A stretch of DNA of 63,985 bases, filler included, from Octopus bimaculoides (GCF_001194135.2; 7 parts of 4 records of this genome joined end to end with filler, not necessarily neighbours in it); one strand, 5' to 3'. Counted from the whole stretch's first letter, positions 12,602 to 24,266 are shown. Notes: generated by a model from the letters alone, not told the origin. Numbers and translations: made by a program.

Positions 12602-14320
12602 TGATGACCTTGCGCTAATGGCTGAGTCACTATCAGAACTAGAGGAGAAGTTTCAGGTGTGGAAGCAAGGACTAGAATCGAAAGGCCTTAGAGTCAACCC
12701 AGCTAAAACCAAAGTCCTAATAAGTAGGAAGTTAGACAAAACACAAACCCCTTCAGGTAGATAGCCCTGCTCGATCTGTAGAAAAGGCGTAGGTAGAAAC
12801 TCCATAAGTTGTACCCAGTGTAAGCTAAGGACACATAAGAGGTGCAGCAATATCAAAGGAAGGCTAACTAGCAAGATAGTTTTTGTATGTGGCAGATGCT
12901 CAGGAGCAATAAACACTGAAAACTCGCAGAAAACAACCTTTGCCACATTCCAGGGAGAAAAACTAGAGGTAGTTGATAGCTGCTGCTATCTAGGTGACCA
13001 AGTTAGTAGTGGGGGAGGGTGCGCTGAAAGTGTAGCTGCTAGAATAAGAATAGCCTGGGCAAAGTTCAGAGAGCTCTTACCTCTGCTGGTAACAACGGGC
13101 CTCTCGCTCAGAGTAAAAGGCAGACTTTATGACACTTGTGTACGAACCGCCATGCTACATGGCAGTGAAACTTGGGCTGTGACTGCTGAGGACATGCGTA
13201 ATCTCACAAGAAACGAAGCCAGTATGCTCCAATGGATGTGTAATGTCAGTGTGCATACTCGATTAAGTACCTTGAGAGAAAAGTTAGACCTAAGAAGCAT
13301 CAGTTGTGGTGTGCAAGAGAGACGATTGCGCTGGTATGGTCATGTGGCAAGAATGGATGAGGATAGCTGTGTGATAAAGTGCCACACTCTAGTGGTTGAG
13401 GGAACCTGTGGAAGAGATAGACCCAAGAAGACCTGGGATGAGGTGGTGAAGCACGACCATTGAACTTTAGGCCTCACCGAGGCAATGACTAGTGACTGGG
13501 ACCTTTGGAAAAATGCATTACGTGAGAAGACCCGGCAAGCCAAGTGAGAGCATAATCTGTGGCCTCTGCCAGAAGTGTAGCCAGCTCACTTATTCGTTTC
13601 TTTACTTCATTTGGACACTAAACTCTGCTTGTGAAGACCTGTTGAGGCAAGTGAATTGAAATTGAAATCAAACCAAATTCGACGACTGGCACCCATGCCA
13701 ACCTCTCCTTCATTGGACACTAAGCTCTGCTNNNNNNNNNNGGCACCCATGCCAACCTCTCCTTCATTGGACACTAAGCTCTGCTTGCGAAGACCTGTTG
13801 GGGCAAGTGAAATCGAAATTGTAATTGAACCATATTCGATGACTGGCACATGTGCCAGTGGGGCACTATCATCACTGTCCAAGCATGATCATTGCCAGAG
13901 CAGCTGTCTGGCTTCCGTGCTAGTGGCACGTAAATAACACCATTTGAGCATGATCGTTACCAGCGTCGCCTTACTGGCACTTGTGCCGGTGGCATGTTAG
14001 AAAATCATTCAAGCGAGGTCGTTGCCAGTGCCACTGGACTGGCTCCTGTGTAGGTGGCATGTAAAAAACAGCATTTTGAGCGTGGCCACTGCCAGTACCG
14101 TGTGACTGGCCCTCGTGCCGGTTGCACGTAAAAGCACACACTACACTCCTGGAGTGGTTGGCGTTAGGAAGGGCGTCCAGCTGTAGAAACTCTGCCAGAT
14201 CAGATTGGAGTCTGGTGCAGCCTTCTGGCTTGCCAGTCCTCAGTCAAATTGTCCAACCCATGCTAGCATGGAAAGCAGACGTTAAACGACGACGACGACG
14301 ACGACGACGATGATGATGAT
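12602..14320 (+). mobile_element. RTE-clade LINE, 3' part (RT end, PHD-like finger, C-terminus, 3' UTR, GAT tail); inactive
   Basis: ADDLALMAES...GLRVNPAKTK...YLGD...LHGSETWAV...RRLRWYGHVARM. In-frame stop present. Tail GGCGTTAGGAAGGGC...CCCATGCTAGCATGGAAAGCAGACGTTAAACGACGACGATGAT. Confidence 0.92.
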
Positions 14321-14407
14321 ATATATGTATGTATACATACATACACATATATATGTCTATCTATATATGTATTTATACATATATGTGTGTGAGTGAGTGT
14401 GTGTATA

Positions 14408-14447
<40 letters not shown>

Positions 14448-14562
14448 CATACACACACACACACACACACACAGACACGCATACATGCAGGCACACAGGT
14501 AATGGTGAGTGAATGGTGGAGATGGTGGTAATAGTGATGTTTATTAATATTATCATTATTAT

Positions 14563-14780
14563 CAAGGTGGTGAGCAGGCAGAATCGTTAGCACACTGGGC
14601 AAAATGCTTAGTGGCATTTCATTCATCTTTACATTCTGAGTTCAAATTCTGCTGAGGTCGACTTTGTCCTTCATCCTTTCGGGGTCAATAAAATAAGTAC
14701 CAGCTGAGCACTGGAGTCAATGTAATTGACTTACTCCCTCTTTCCAAAATTGCTGGCCTTGTGCCAAAGTTTGAAACCAA
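14563..14780 (+). mobile_element. SINE family B copy, CpG-decayed
   Basis: GGTGGTGAGCAGGCAGAATCGTTAGC...GAGTTCAAATTCTGCTGAGG; CG-to-TG/CA changes relative to the 5166 copy. Confidence 0.85.
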
Positions 14781-14836
14781 TAGTGTTATTATTATACTGT
14801 TGCTGCAGATAATGATGACGACAACGATGATGGTGA

Positions 14837-14937
14837 TTATGTATTATCCTGTATATGAGTGTTTGAATAGTTTTGCTGTTTCAAAGATGAAAGGAAGACC
14901 ATTAAATAGGCCTGGAGTTCAGGCCATTCAAGCTGAG
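14837..14937 (-). CDS. Candidate terminal exon of an unidentified minus-strand gene
   Basis: Acceptor TTTTCTCAGTATTTTCAG; frame (P)QLEWPELQAYLMVFLSSLKQQNYSNTHIQDNT*. In phase with the exon at 15052-15161 across a 114-nt GT-AG intron. Confidence 0.4.
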
Positions 14938-15051
14938 CTGAAAATACTGAGAAAATTTGAAATGTTTTTCAAAGAAATCTTTAAAATCTTTTTCTCTTTA
15001 ACTATTGGCAGATGTTGAACATTAACAAATCCATCTGCTAGAATAATTTAC

Positions 15052-15161
15052 GAGAGAATTTTGACAAAAGACAGCTAAATGACAGATCTGTGCCATGCAG
15101 TTCGAAAATAAAGAAGACAAGTTTTTCTTCAATTGCACTTTTGGAAACTCTATTTACTTCT
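15052..15161 (-). CDS. Candidate internal exon of an unidentified minus-strand gene
   Basis: Acceptor AAATATTTTACAG and donor C|GTAAAT. Open frame EVNRVSKSAIEEKLVFFIFELHGTDLSFSCLLSKFS. Confidence 0.4.
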
Positions 15162-16663
15162 CTGTAAAATATTTTGTGGTCACTGATAAGAGATGAAGTT
15201 AATATTGATTGATTGTTTTTGTAAGGTGGTGAGCTGGAAGAATTGTTAGCATGCTGGGCAAAATGCTGAGGTTGACTTTGCTTACACTGGGTACATCTTA
15301 TAGAGTTTCTACCTATGCCTTTTCTACAGATTGAGCAGGACTATCTACCTTAATTCTCCAATTATAGAACTGCAAACGCCTATTATCATTTACTGTGGAC
15401 ACTCCTTAATTATTTGATGAACTGGTGACTGCTAATATTCTTGATTAAGGATGTTCCTTAATTCTTTTTCTCTGATGTCAAAATAGTTAGGTTACATGGA
15501 AATCGTTACTCAATAACATGTGCTCCACATGCTCAGCTATTCTAGAAACAACTGTAAGAGGCTTTATGCATTACTTTATAATACGTATTTACTGTAACTA
15601 TTCTGTATTATGCTTAAATACTCTAAGGTGATATCACATGTTTTGCTTGTTGGTTCTCTGTTTCTAAGGTATATATGGTGTACGTGTGTAAGCGCGCGCG
15701 CGTGTGTGTGTGTGTGTGTGTGTACTTATATAATAATCTTCATTTAATGTCCATGGGTTGAGCAGTTTTACAGGATGCAATGAACCCAAGAGCTGTATCA
15801 TGCTCCAGTGTCTGCTTTGGCCTGGTTTCTGTGGCTGGATGCTCTTTGTAATACCAACCATATTACAGAATATACTGGGTACTTTTTTCATGTTACCAGC
15901 ATTAGTGAGGTCACCCATGGACTCTGAGGAGCTAACTTTATGCTAGGAGATGAGTGAAGAGGGGGATAAAGTATAAGAGGAGGGAGCTGGAAGAGAACAA
16001 GTGTTTTGTTGTAGAGCAGATGTTTGATAATGTGAGATGGTAGAATAATAATGATAATCAGTAGATAGGATAAAGACAACAGAGATGACATGATGTTGGG
16101 AAGGTTGTATGAATGGCTGGAGAAGAGAAAGACACATGTAATGTGTTAAGAGAGTGAGACATATGTTGTTTGGTGGGAGAGATAATTTGGTGGCTCAGTG
16201 AAGGTGGGGGATTAATGAAAATGGGTGAAGAGAACAGTACTGATGGATGAAGAATGGATAACAAGTGAAATGGTTCTGGGTAGTATAAAAAGTGGCATCA
16301 AGGAAGAACCGCAGTTAGAGAGGTGATGGGTGGTGGTGATTGTCTTCAGAGGGGAAGGAAATTGGGTGAAGGGACCAGCTGTGAATACACACACACACAC
16401 ACCACTCATACCAATGCACATATATATACATAACAGATAATCTTTTAGTTTCATTAACCAAATTTACTCACAAGGCTTTTGGTTAACATGGGGCTAGAGT
16501 AGAAGACACTTGCCAAAGAACCATGCATGTTTTCTATCATGTAATTCCTAAGCTACTTTGGTAAGGTTACCAGACACAAGAAATGATGTATCAATGAAGG
16601 TGGATAAGATTTCAGAGCAATTCTATTAATTTTTACATTTTTGTGCTCACTAACATAATAGTC

Positions 16664-16882
16664 CATACTAAGCTTCACTGTGGAGTATATCCATAAGTCT
16701 TGAACTGTCACTGCATTCATAAATTAATTAAGCTTACTAGATACATGAGCCTGTCTCACATATCTATTAAATTCAATAAATTTATGAAAACAGTTATGGA
16801 TATACTCCAATAAATATACTTCAATAGACATATTTCAATGAATATACTTCAATGGATTAGCTACAAAGTGAAGCTTAGTATG
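16664..16882. repeat. Foldback / MITE-like nested inverted repeat
   Basis: CATACTAAGCTTCACT (16664) pairs with AGTGAAGCTTAGTATG (16867); GGAGTATATCCATAA (16682) pairs with TTATGGATATACTCC (16794). Confidence 0.75.
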
Positions 16883-17621
16883 AAAAAATAGACACTATTG
16901 AAAGGTCAGTAATTTATATTACATATTTATATTAATTAAACATTGTTGTCCTTTTGGCATTCATTATTACATTCTGGCATGGACTGATAAATCCATAATA
17001 AAAGTATATCTCCCTTTGTTTCTTAATTCTCCTTTCTCTTGACTTTATGGTACAACCTTATTAGATCTCACAAAGCTAATTTCTCCAATAGTTGCATTGC
17101 TTTGCTTTCACTGTTAATGAACAATTCCTTTTTTTCCCCCACTAAATTCATTTCATATAATTCATTTAAATTATATGACCATACTTGTAAAATTGCTCCT
17201 TACATATACAATGGACAATACCTTTGATAAGCTACAATTTCTCAATCCACTTTGTGGGAAGCACAACAGACTACAGTATTGTTCATTGAAGAGAAAACCA
17301 TTAGATAATCCATTTTCATTTACTGCTGATACTCTACCTCATGATTCCTTTAATTGAGCATTTATATAAACCTAATTCAATACAGAAGTAGAAATCCTTT
17401 GTTGTCAACAGAGATATCTCCTTCTCTGAAGTATTAAAATAGCTGAAGTTGTAGTAATATTACCATAAATCTTTATTCAATGCATAGTTAATCCCACAGT
17501 GGTTATCTTAAATAACATTCCTTCCTCTGTAAGAAATTTCCAACACCAATTAAAGAAAGTAGCTTGGACATTATTGTGTTGTTTACTGTTTCACTGATTA
17601 CCTATAATATCATATCATATC

Positions 17622-17653
<32 letters not shown>

Positions 17654-18124
17654 GTGTATGTACTGTGGGCTTCTTTCAGTTTCTGCCTAGCAAATTCTCT
17701 CAAAATGCTTTGCCCTACCCAGGGATATAGTAGAAGACTTTTGCCAGAAATGCCATGCAGTGGGACTGGACCCAGAATCATGTGGTTCGGGAGCAAACTT
17801 ACAAATATAAATATATATATGAGAAAGTGGATAAAGAAAAGAAAAAGGCAATCTAAACATTTAGTAGGAGTTATGAGTATTATTATTATTTAAAACAGTT
17901 TTATTTGGTTACGTGCGACTTATAGTTTCATGGACTTCTAACAGAAACCTGTTTCATTCAGGTTTAGATTACCAAATGGAGGGACACAGGAGGTTCATGA
18001 TGGCTACTGGAAATTAGGCTGCTATTTGTCAAAGCAGGTTACATGATACTGTTAGAGGTTAGATTGGTGATTCAGTAACACCAGTTTCATTTAGCAAAGG
18101 GAATTTCCTGGGCTGCGTGACTAG

Positions 18125-18511
18125 CAAACATGGGCACCAAACCATTAATCCATCAATTGTTAATTAACGAAGTTCATGTTTTCATTAGGTTAACTTTGGA
18201 AATCATTATCAGACTAATCAACTTCCATTACATTTAACTTCTATTAACTTAAGTCAACTTGAGTTAACTTCAATTGAATTGAAGTTAACGGATTTTATAG
18301 TTTTGGCACTTTTTAAAGGTGTTTTTAGGTGGTTTTAGAGCAAAAAGTGATTTTTGTTTTTTTCTATAATAAAAGTTAATGTTAACAGTTTATCAATAAC
18401 TTCTGTTGCATTAGGAAATAATCAACTGATTACCAGTTATTGAAGTTAACTTTTGGTTAAGGAATTTATGATTAACAAAGTTAACTTTTCGATTAACGGT
18501 GCCCACGTTTG
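18125..18511. mobile_element. hAT-type non-autonomous DNA transposon (MITE)
   Basis: 14-bp TIR CAAAC(A/G)TGGGCACC; 8-bp flanks GTGACTAG / GTGACTGG (7 of 8 match, consistent with a TSD). Confidence 0.8.
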
Positions 18512-18568
18512 GTGACTGGACAGGAAGCTGGTGGTATTTAGGTGTTCAGGCGCTGACAGGAGCAAGGT

Positions 18569-18601
<33 letters not shown>

Positions 18602-18734
18602 TGTATGCCAGATGTATGAATGCATAGATGTGGGTGTGTTATTGGACCAATAACATACCCACATCTGTTAGAAGCCCTTTAAGTCGCATAGAGCCAAACC
18701 AAACTGTTTTAAATAAGGTGTGTGTATGTGCATG

Positions 18735-18777
<43 letters not shown>

Positions 18778-19031
18778 TCATCATCATCATCATCATCGTT
18801 TAACGTCCGCTTTCCATGCTAGCATGGGTTGGACNNNNNNNNNNTATTATATAAGTAAATCCAAGAATTAATTCATATGTACTGAACATAAAGCAAAGAA
18901 TTTTGGATGTTATCTAGCTATTATATCTCAATTATTCCTGTTTAGAAATTCTATCTTTACTTATTCTTGTGTCTTTCTTGATAACTAAATATCAATTATA
19001 GCTTCTTTAGTTAGTTTCTCTCATTACTTAG

Positions 19032-19140
19032 ATATACAGAGAGTGGAGCTGCATAAAGGACAAGCAAAATGTAAGATTTATGATTCTTCTGCTCATGCTC
19101 AGTACCCTCCAGGCCCAGCAGTAACTATTTTTTACAAACT
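19032..19140 (+). CDS. Candidate internal exon (unidentified)
   Basis: Acceptor TTTCTCTCATTACTTAG and donor CT|GTGAGT. 109 nt open in one frame: IQRVELHKGQAKCKIYDSSAHAQYPPGPAVTIFYK. Confidence 0.4.
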
Positions 19141-19412
19141 GTGAGTAGCCTATCCCCAGGATAAAAGTATTAGGACAGCATTGGAAGGCAAGCTATGCAT
19201 TAAATATGATGCAATTTGCCTTGATTACCAAACTGAATTTCAGAGAGGGTGATAAATATATAGAGACTATGACATAGATAAATACCTGGAGAGTATGGTG
19301 TAGGTGTGTTGATAAAATTGCTAGAAGAACAGTTTCAGAGAAGTATAATTTTGTATGACTTGAATTCCCCAAGATATTTTTAATAACACACACATGCGCA
19401 CAAGATATTTTT

Positions 19413-19464
<52 letters not shown>

Positions 19465-19899
19465 GAAAACAATGGTTACTTTTTAAAACCATAAACAGAA
19501 ATGAAATAAAGAAAATGTATGAACTCACTGATGCAGTCAAAGTTTCATAAGTGGCATTATCTTGAGAATCTGAAATATTTAAATCATTAAAAAAATATTA
19601 TTTGTTTTCTGACAAAATTAAATTAATTACCAGAAATAAAAAAAGTAAAAAATAGAAACCAGAACATCATGTGAGTGAAAGTGATATAATCCCAGGGAAC
19701 ATCATCAAGGCATTTAAGAGACTAACAGAAATTGGAAATAAGACCGAATTTGTGGAATTGAGGAAATGTGCTCTATTCTGTATGAATCCTTCACATAAAA
19801 CACTGCCATAGCAGGAGGGAAAAGTAGATGTAAAAATGCTGCCGCAGCTGATATTGATAACAACAGATTCAAGTCATGCAAAAGATACTTTTTGTTTTT

Positions 19900-20280
19900 C
19901 AGGTGGCTGTGTGGTAACAAGTTTGCTTCCCAACCACTTGGTTTTGGGTTCAGTCCCACTGAGTGGAACCTAGTGTGTCTTCCACCCTCAGCCTATAGTA
20001 GTGACCAAAGCCTTGTGAGTGGATTTGGTAAATAGAAACTGAAAGAAGCCCATTGTATATATCTGTGTATGTGTCTTTGTGTCTATGTTTGTCACCCACC
20101 ACCACTTGACAACTGGTGTTGGTGTGTTTAGGTCCCCATAACTTGGTGGTTTAGCAAAAGAGACTGATAAGTACTGGGTTTAAACAAATAAGTGATGAGG
20201 TCAATTTGTGTGACTAAAATTCTTCTGGGCAGTGTCCCATCATGGCTGCAGTCTAATGACTAAAACAAATAAAAGATAAA
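19900..20280 (+). mobile_element. SINE family A, near full length, CpG-decayed
   Basis: GGTGGCTGTGTGGTAACAAGTTTGC...GGGTTCAGTCCCACTG...AAGCCTTGTGAGTGGATTTGG...tail ending GACTAAAACAAATAAAAG. Confidence 0.85.
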
Positions 20281-20505
20281 ATATAGAAGATATGACAAGC
20301 AAGAAGTATTAATTCTAACAATAAACCTAAAAATTTCATATTTCTTCACATCTGGCTTATTGCTATACATGACTATGATCACATCTCATATAAAGCATTA
20401 GAGAACCACTACTTATTATCACAGCTAGAGATTAATGTATTACTTTTTAACTGGTTCAAGCCAGTTGGTTGTGATCATACTGGAGTATCTTCAGTATTTC
20501 TTTTT

Positions 20506-20565
20506 ATAGGAGGCTACCCTATAGGAGTCTACCCTATAGGAGTCTACCATATAGGAGTCTACCCT
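20506..20565. repeat. 15-bp tandem repeat, 4 copies
   Basis: ATAGGAGTCTACCCT x4 with minor variants. Confidence 0.95.
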
Positions 20566-20647
20566 AATATTTGGAAATATGTTACATGTGTTATTTTCCA
20601 GAAGCGCAACCTTTCTAAGCATACCAAATATTGATAAAATCTTTTAC

Positions 20648-20732
20648 TTGTAGCCTATGAATAGTGATGGAAACCCACCCTGTCTCTAACATGTTGAGTC
20701 TATCCTTCTCTTCAATGACCGCAAGTATGGTT
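20648..20732 (-). CDS. Candidate internal exon (unidentified)
   Basis: Acceptor ATAATTCTACAG and donor CAA|GTAAAA. Frame TILAVIEEKDRLNMLETGWVSITIHRLQ; phase-compatible with 26678-26793. Confidence 0.3.
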
Positions 20733-20836
20733 CTGTAGAATTATATCTGTCACGTATCCCTTATCCTTTGTCATTCACTAGTAGTCTTATGGCAAAAATA
20801 ATGTTATTGCTTTGACCTTTTCTGACCCAGGGTTCT

Positions 20837-20968
20837 TCTAGCTTCATGTTGGACTGCATCTAGCTTCATGTTGGACTGCATCTAGCTTCATGTTGGACTG
20901 CATCTAGCTTCATGTTGGACTGCATCTAGCTTCATGTTGGACTGCATCTAGCTTCATGTTGGACTGCA
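20837..20968. repeat. 22-bp perfect tandem repeat, 6 copies
   Basis: TCTAGCTTCATGTTGGACTGCA x6, with no mismatches and no spacers. Confidence 0.97.
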
Positions 20969-21347
20969 ATGAGGTTATTCTCGCTGACTCAATCTGATGT
21001 TCACTTAAAGTCAGGTTATGTTAACTAAAGTCTCCTTCCTTTACATAATGAACTTCCTACTGTTACTTATGACAATGCTCACATACATGAACTCTTATAC
21101 ATTACACAACATAGTCATAAGTTGCTGAAGACAGTAGTTTAACAGATGGATTCTAATCTGAACATCAATGAAATGAATTTTGAATTCATTGCACAATGTA
21201 AAATAAAGGCCTGGTTTGACGGTCTTAGTTGACAGTACTAAGATTTTGACTGATGGGGTTTGCTGTTATGAAAATGAATCTACTGTTAGTTATGAAGTTT
21301 ATAAAAAAGGAAAATTAAAAGAAATGTTAGATAATAATTATAATTAT

Positions 21348-22703
21348 ATCATCATCATCATCATCATCATCGTTTAACGTCCGCTTTCCATGCTAGCATG
21401 GGTTGGACGATTTGACTGAGGACTGGTGAAACCGGATGGCAACATCAGGCTCCAGTCTAATTTGGCAGAGTTTCTACAGCTGGATGCCCTTCCTAACGCC
21501 AACCACTCAGAGAGTGTAGTGGTGCTTTTACGTGTCACCCGCACGAAAATGGCCACGCTCGAAATGGTGTCTTTTATGTGCCACCCGCACAAGCCAGTCC
21601 AGGGACACTGGCAACGATCTCGCTCGAAATGGTGCATCTCATGTGCCACCCGCACAAGAACCAGTCCAGGGGCNNNNNNNNNNNNNNNNNNNNNNNNNNN
21701 NNNNNNNNNNNNNNNNNNNNNNNNNNNNNNNNNNNNNNNNNNNNNNNNNNNNNNNNNNNNNNNNNNNNNNNNNNNNNNNNNNNNNNNNNNNNNNNNNNNN
21801 NNNNNNNNNNNNNNNNNNNNNNNNNNNNNNNNNNNNNNNNNNNNNNNNNNNNNNNNNNNNNNNNNNNNNNNNNNNNNNNNNNNNNNNNNNNNNNNNNNNN
21901 NNNNNNNNNNNNNNNNNNNNNNNNNNNNNNNNNNNNNNNNNNNNNNNNNNNNNNNNNNNNNNNNNNNNNNNNNNNNNNNNNNNNNNNNNNNNNNNNNNNN
22001 NNNNNNNNNNNNNNNNNNNNNNNNNNNNNNNNNNNNNNNNNNNNNNNNNNNNNNNNNNNNNNNNNNNNNNNNNNNNNNNNNNNNNNNNNNNNNNNNNNNN
22101 NNNNNNNNNNNNNNNNNNNNNNNNNNNNNNNNNNNNNNNNNNNNNNNNNNNNNNNNNNNNNNNNNNNNNNNNNNNNNNNNNNNNNNNNNNNNNNNNNNNN
22201 NNNNNNNNNNNNNNNNNNNNNNNNNNNNNNNNNNNNNNNNNNNNNNNNNNNNNNNNNNNNNNNNNNNNNNNNNNNNNNNNNNNNNNNNNNNNNNNNNNNN
22301 NNNNNNNNNNNNNNNNNNNNNNNNNNNNNNNNNNNNNNNNNNNNNNNNNNNNNNNNNNNNNGTCGCCCAGATAGCGGAAGCTATCGACTACCTCTAATTT
22401 TTCACCCTGGAATGAGATAGAAGTTGTTTCCTGTTTGTTTACAGTCTTTATTGCACCTGAACATCTGCCACAAACAAAAACTAACTTGCTAGTTAACCTG
22501 CCTTTGATGTTGCTGCACCTCTTATGTGTCCATAGCTTGCACCGGGTACATCTTATAGAGTTACTACCTACTCCTTTTCTACATACTGAGCAGGGCCATC
22601 TACCTGAAGGGGTTTGTGTTTTATCTACCTTCCTACTTATTAGGATTTTGGTTTTAGCTAGGTTGACTCTAAGGCCCTTCAATTCTAGACCTTGCTTCCA
22701 CGG
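21348..22703 (-). mobile_element. RTE-clade LINE, 5'-truncated young copy with a central gap
   Basis: Minus ORF KGLRVNLAKTK...WPCSVCRKGVGSNSIRCTRCKLWTHKRC...CGRC...LEVVDSFRYLGD. Tail ...GGAAAGCGGACGTTAAACGATGATGAT. Confidence 0.93.
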
Positions 22704-22865
22704 AGGTGTTAATTGGTTTTATCTGAATGTAACAATAACCACTGGTTAAAGTATGTGTTAACTATTGACTTGAGACACTTTAATGAGATTGTTAGCATTT
22801 AAATGAATCTATTCAAGTGTAACTGTTCTCTAGATTTGTCTTTAATGATGGGTTGAAGGAAGATG

Positions 22866-23292
22866 TGGGCGTGGCTCCATGGTTAAGAAGTTTGCTCTTT
22901 AATAATGTTTCAAGTTTGGGTTCATTCTCACTGCACAGCACTTTGGACAAGTGTCTTCTGCTATAGCCTCAGGATGACCAAAACATGAGAAGATTTGGCA
23001 GGCAGAAACTGAAAGAAACCCATTGTAAGCATGCATACACACGTGCACACACACGCTCGTGCACATGTGTGCATATACGTAAATGTGTGTATGTGTGTTT
23101 GTGTTTCCTTGTTTAGACATTATACGGTTGTTGTAAATGAGTGTCACCATCATACAAGTGGTGTCGTTCAAAGCATGTCTTGAAACAAGTAAGGGTTGGT
23201 GACAAGAAGGGTATCTAACCACAGAAAACCTGCCTCACTGAATTTCTTCTGACCCATGCAAGCATGGAAAAGTGGACATTAAGATGATGATG
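22866..23292 (+). mobile_element. Family A SINE head and core carrying an RTE-like 3' tail
   Basis: Head GGGCGTGGCTCCATGGTTAAGAAG...CTTTGGACAAGTGTCTTC. Tail AAGAAGGGTATCTAACCACAGAAAACC...CCCATGCAAGCATGGAAAAGTGGACATTAAGATGATGATG resembles the RTE 3' end. Confidence 0.7.
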
Positions 23293-24212
23293 AAAATGAT
23301 GAGTAAAATTAGTGTTAATAATCTGAAACATTGGAGGTAAATAGAAAGCAGCCAGAAAATCTTGAAGAGTAGTGTTTGACATGACTCCAGTGAATGAGAG
23401 AAAAGTGAAGACACAACATGAGGTTGATCAAGGAATTGAAGGTTTTTACTAGGAAAATGTTTATTCTTTAAGTTATGGTCTATGATGTGATCATCATTGT
23501 CATTTTAATATCCACATTCCCATTCCTGCGACCTGGCAGAAACGTTAGCATTATGGGTGAAATGCTTAGTAGTATTTCATCTGCTTTTACAATCTGAGTT
23601 CAAATTATGTCGAGGTCAACTTTGCCTTTCAACTTTTCGGGGTCAATAAATTAAGTACCAGTTGCATACTGGGGTCAATATAATTGACTGACTCCCTCCC
23701 CCAAAATTTTGGGCCTTGTGCCTAGAGTAGAAAAGATGAGGTTCATTTAGGTGGATTTTTACAACTGGTTGCTTTTCATGTTGTCAACTCTAATCTGTTT
23801 CCAAGCAAGGTAATATTTCCTTACATTTTCATGGAATACTGGAAATGAACAATGCTGCTTGTATGATGTTGATGCTCATTTACAACTATTACCTGATGTC
23901 AAGATAAAGAAAGACAAACACACATGCAGACACACACTCATGTGAGAAAACACATATACATACATAAATGTAGGTACATAAACATGCACATGCACACACA
24001 CACACATGTATGCATATATGTAAGAGTGTATATATGTTTATGTCTGTCTGTCTATCAATTAAATTATATTTCCTGTGTATGTATATATATATATATATAT
24101 ATATATACCGGAGTAAGCACATAAAATGTGCAACAAGGTGGAAAAAAGAGTACTCAAATACCAGAGGTAGAGTAATATGCTTTATTTAAAAATAGCAGAA
24201 ATATAACAAAAG

Positions 24213-24252
24213 ACTGTTACTCGGAGTTTCACGTTCCCATTCATCAGACAGT
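24213..24252 (-). ncRNA. Type I minimal hammerhead ribozyme motif
   Basis: ACUGU CUGAUGA AUG-GGAA-CGU GAA ACUCCGAGU A ACAGU. Stem I is perfect, the core is intact and the cleavage triplet is GUA. Confidence 0.75.
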
Positions 24253-24266
24253 TTTGTTCTAACAAA

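Noticed and set aside
13688-13785. 44-bp direct duplication across a 10-N gap
   Set aside because: This is typical of an unmerged contig overlap, so it is likely an assembly artefact.
20837-20968. CRISPR-like array
   Set aside because: There are no spacers, the context is eukaryotic and there are no cas genes.
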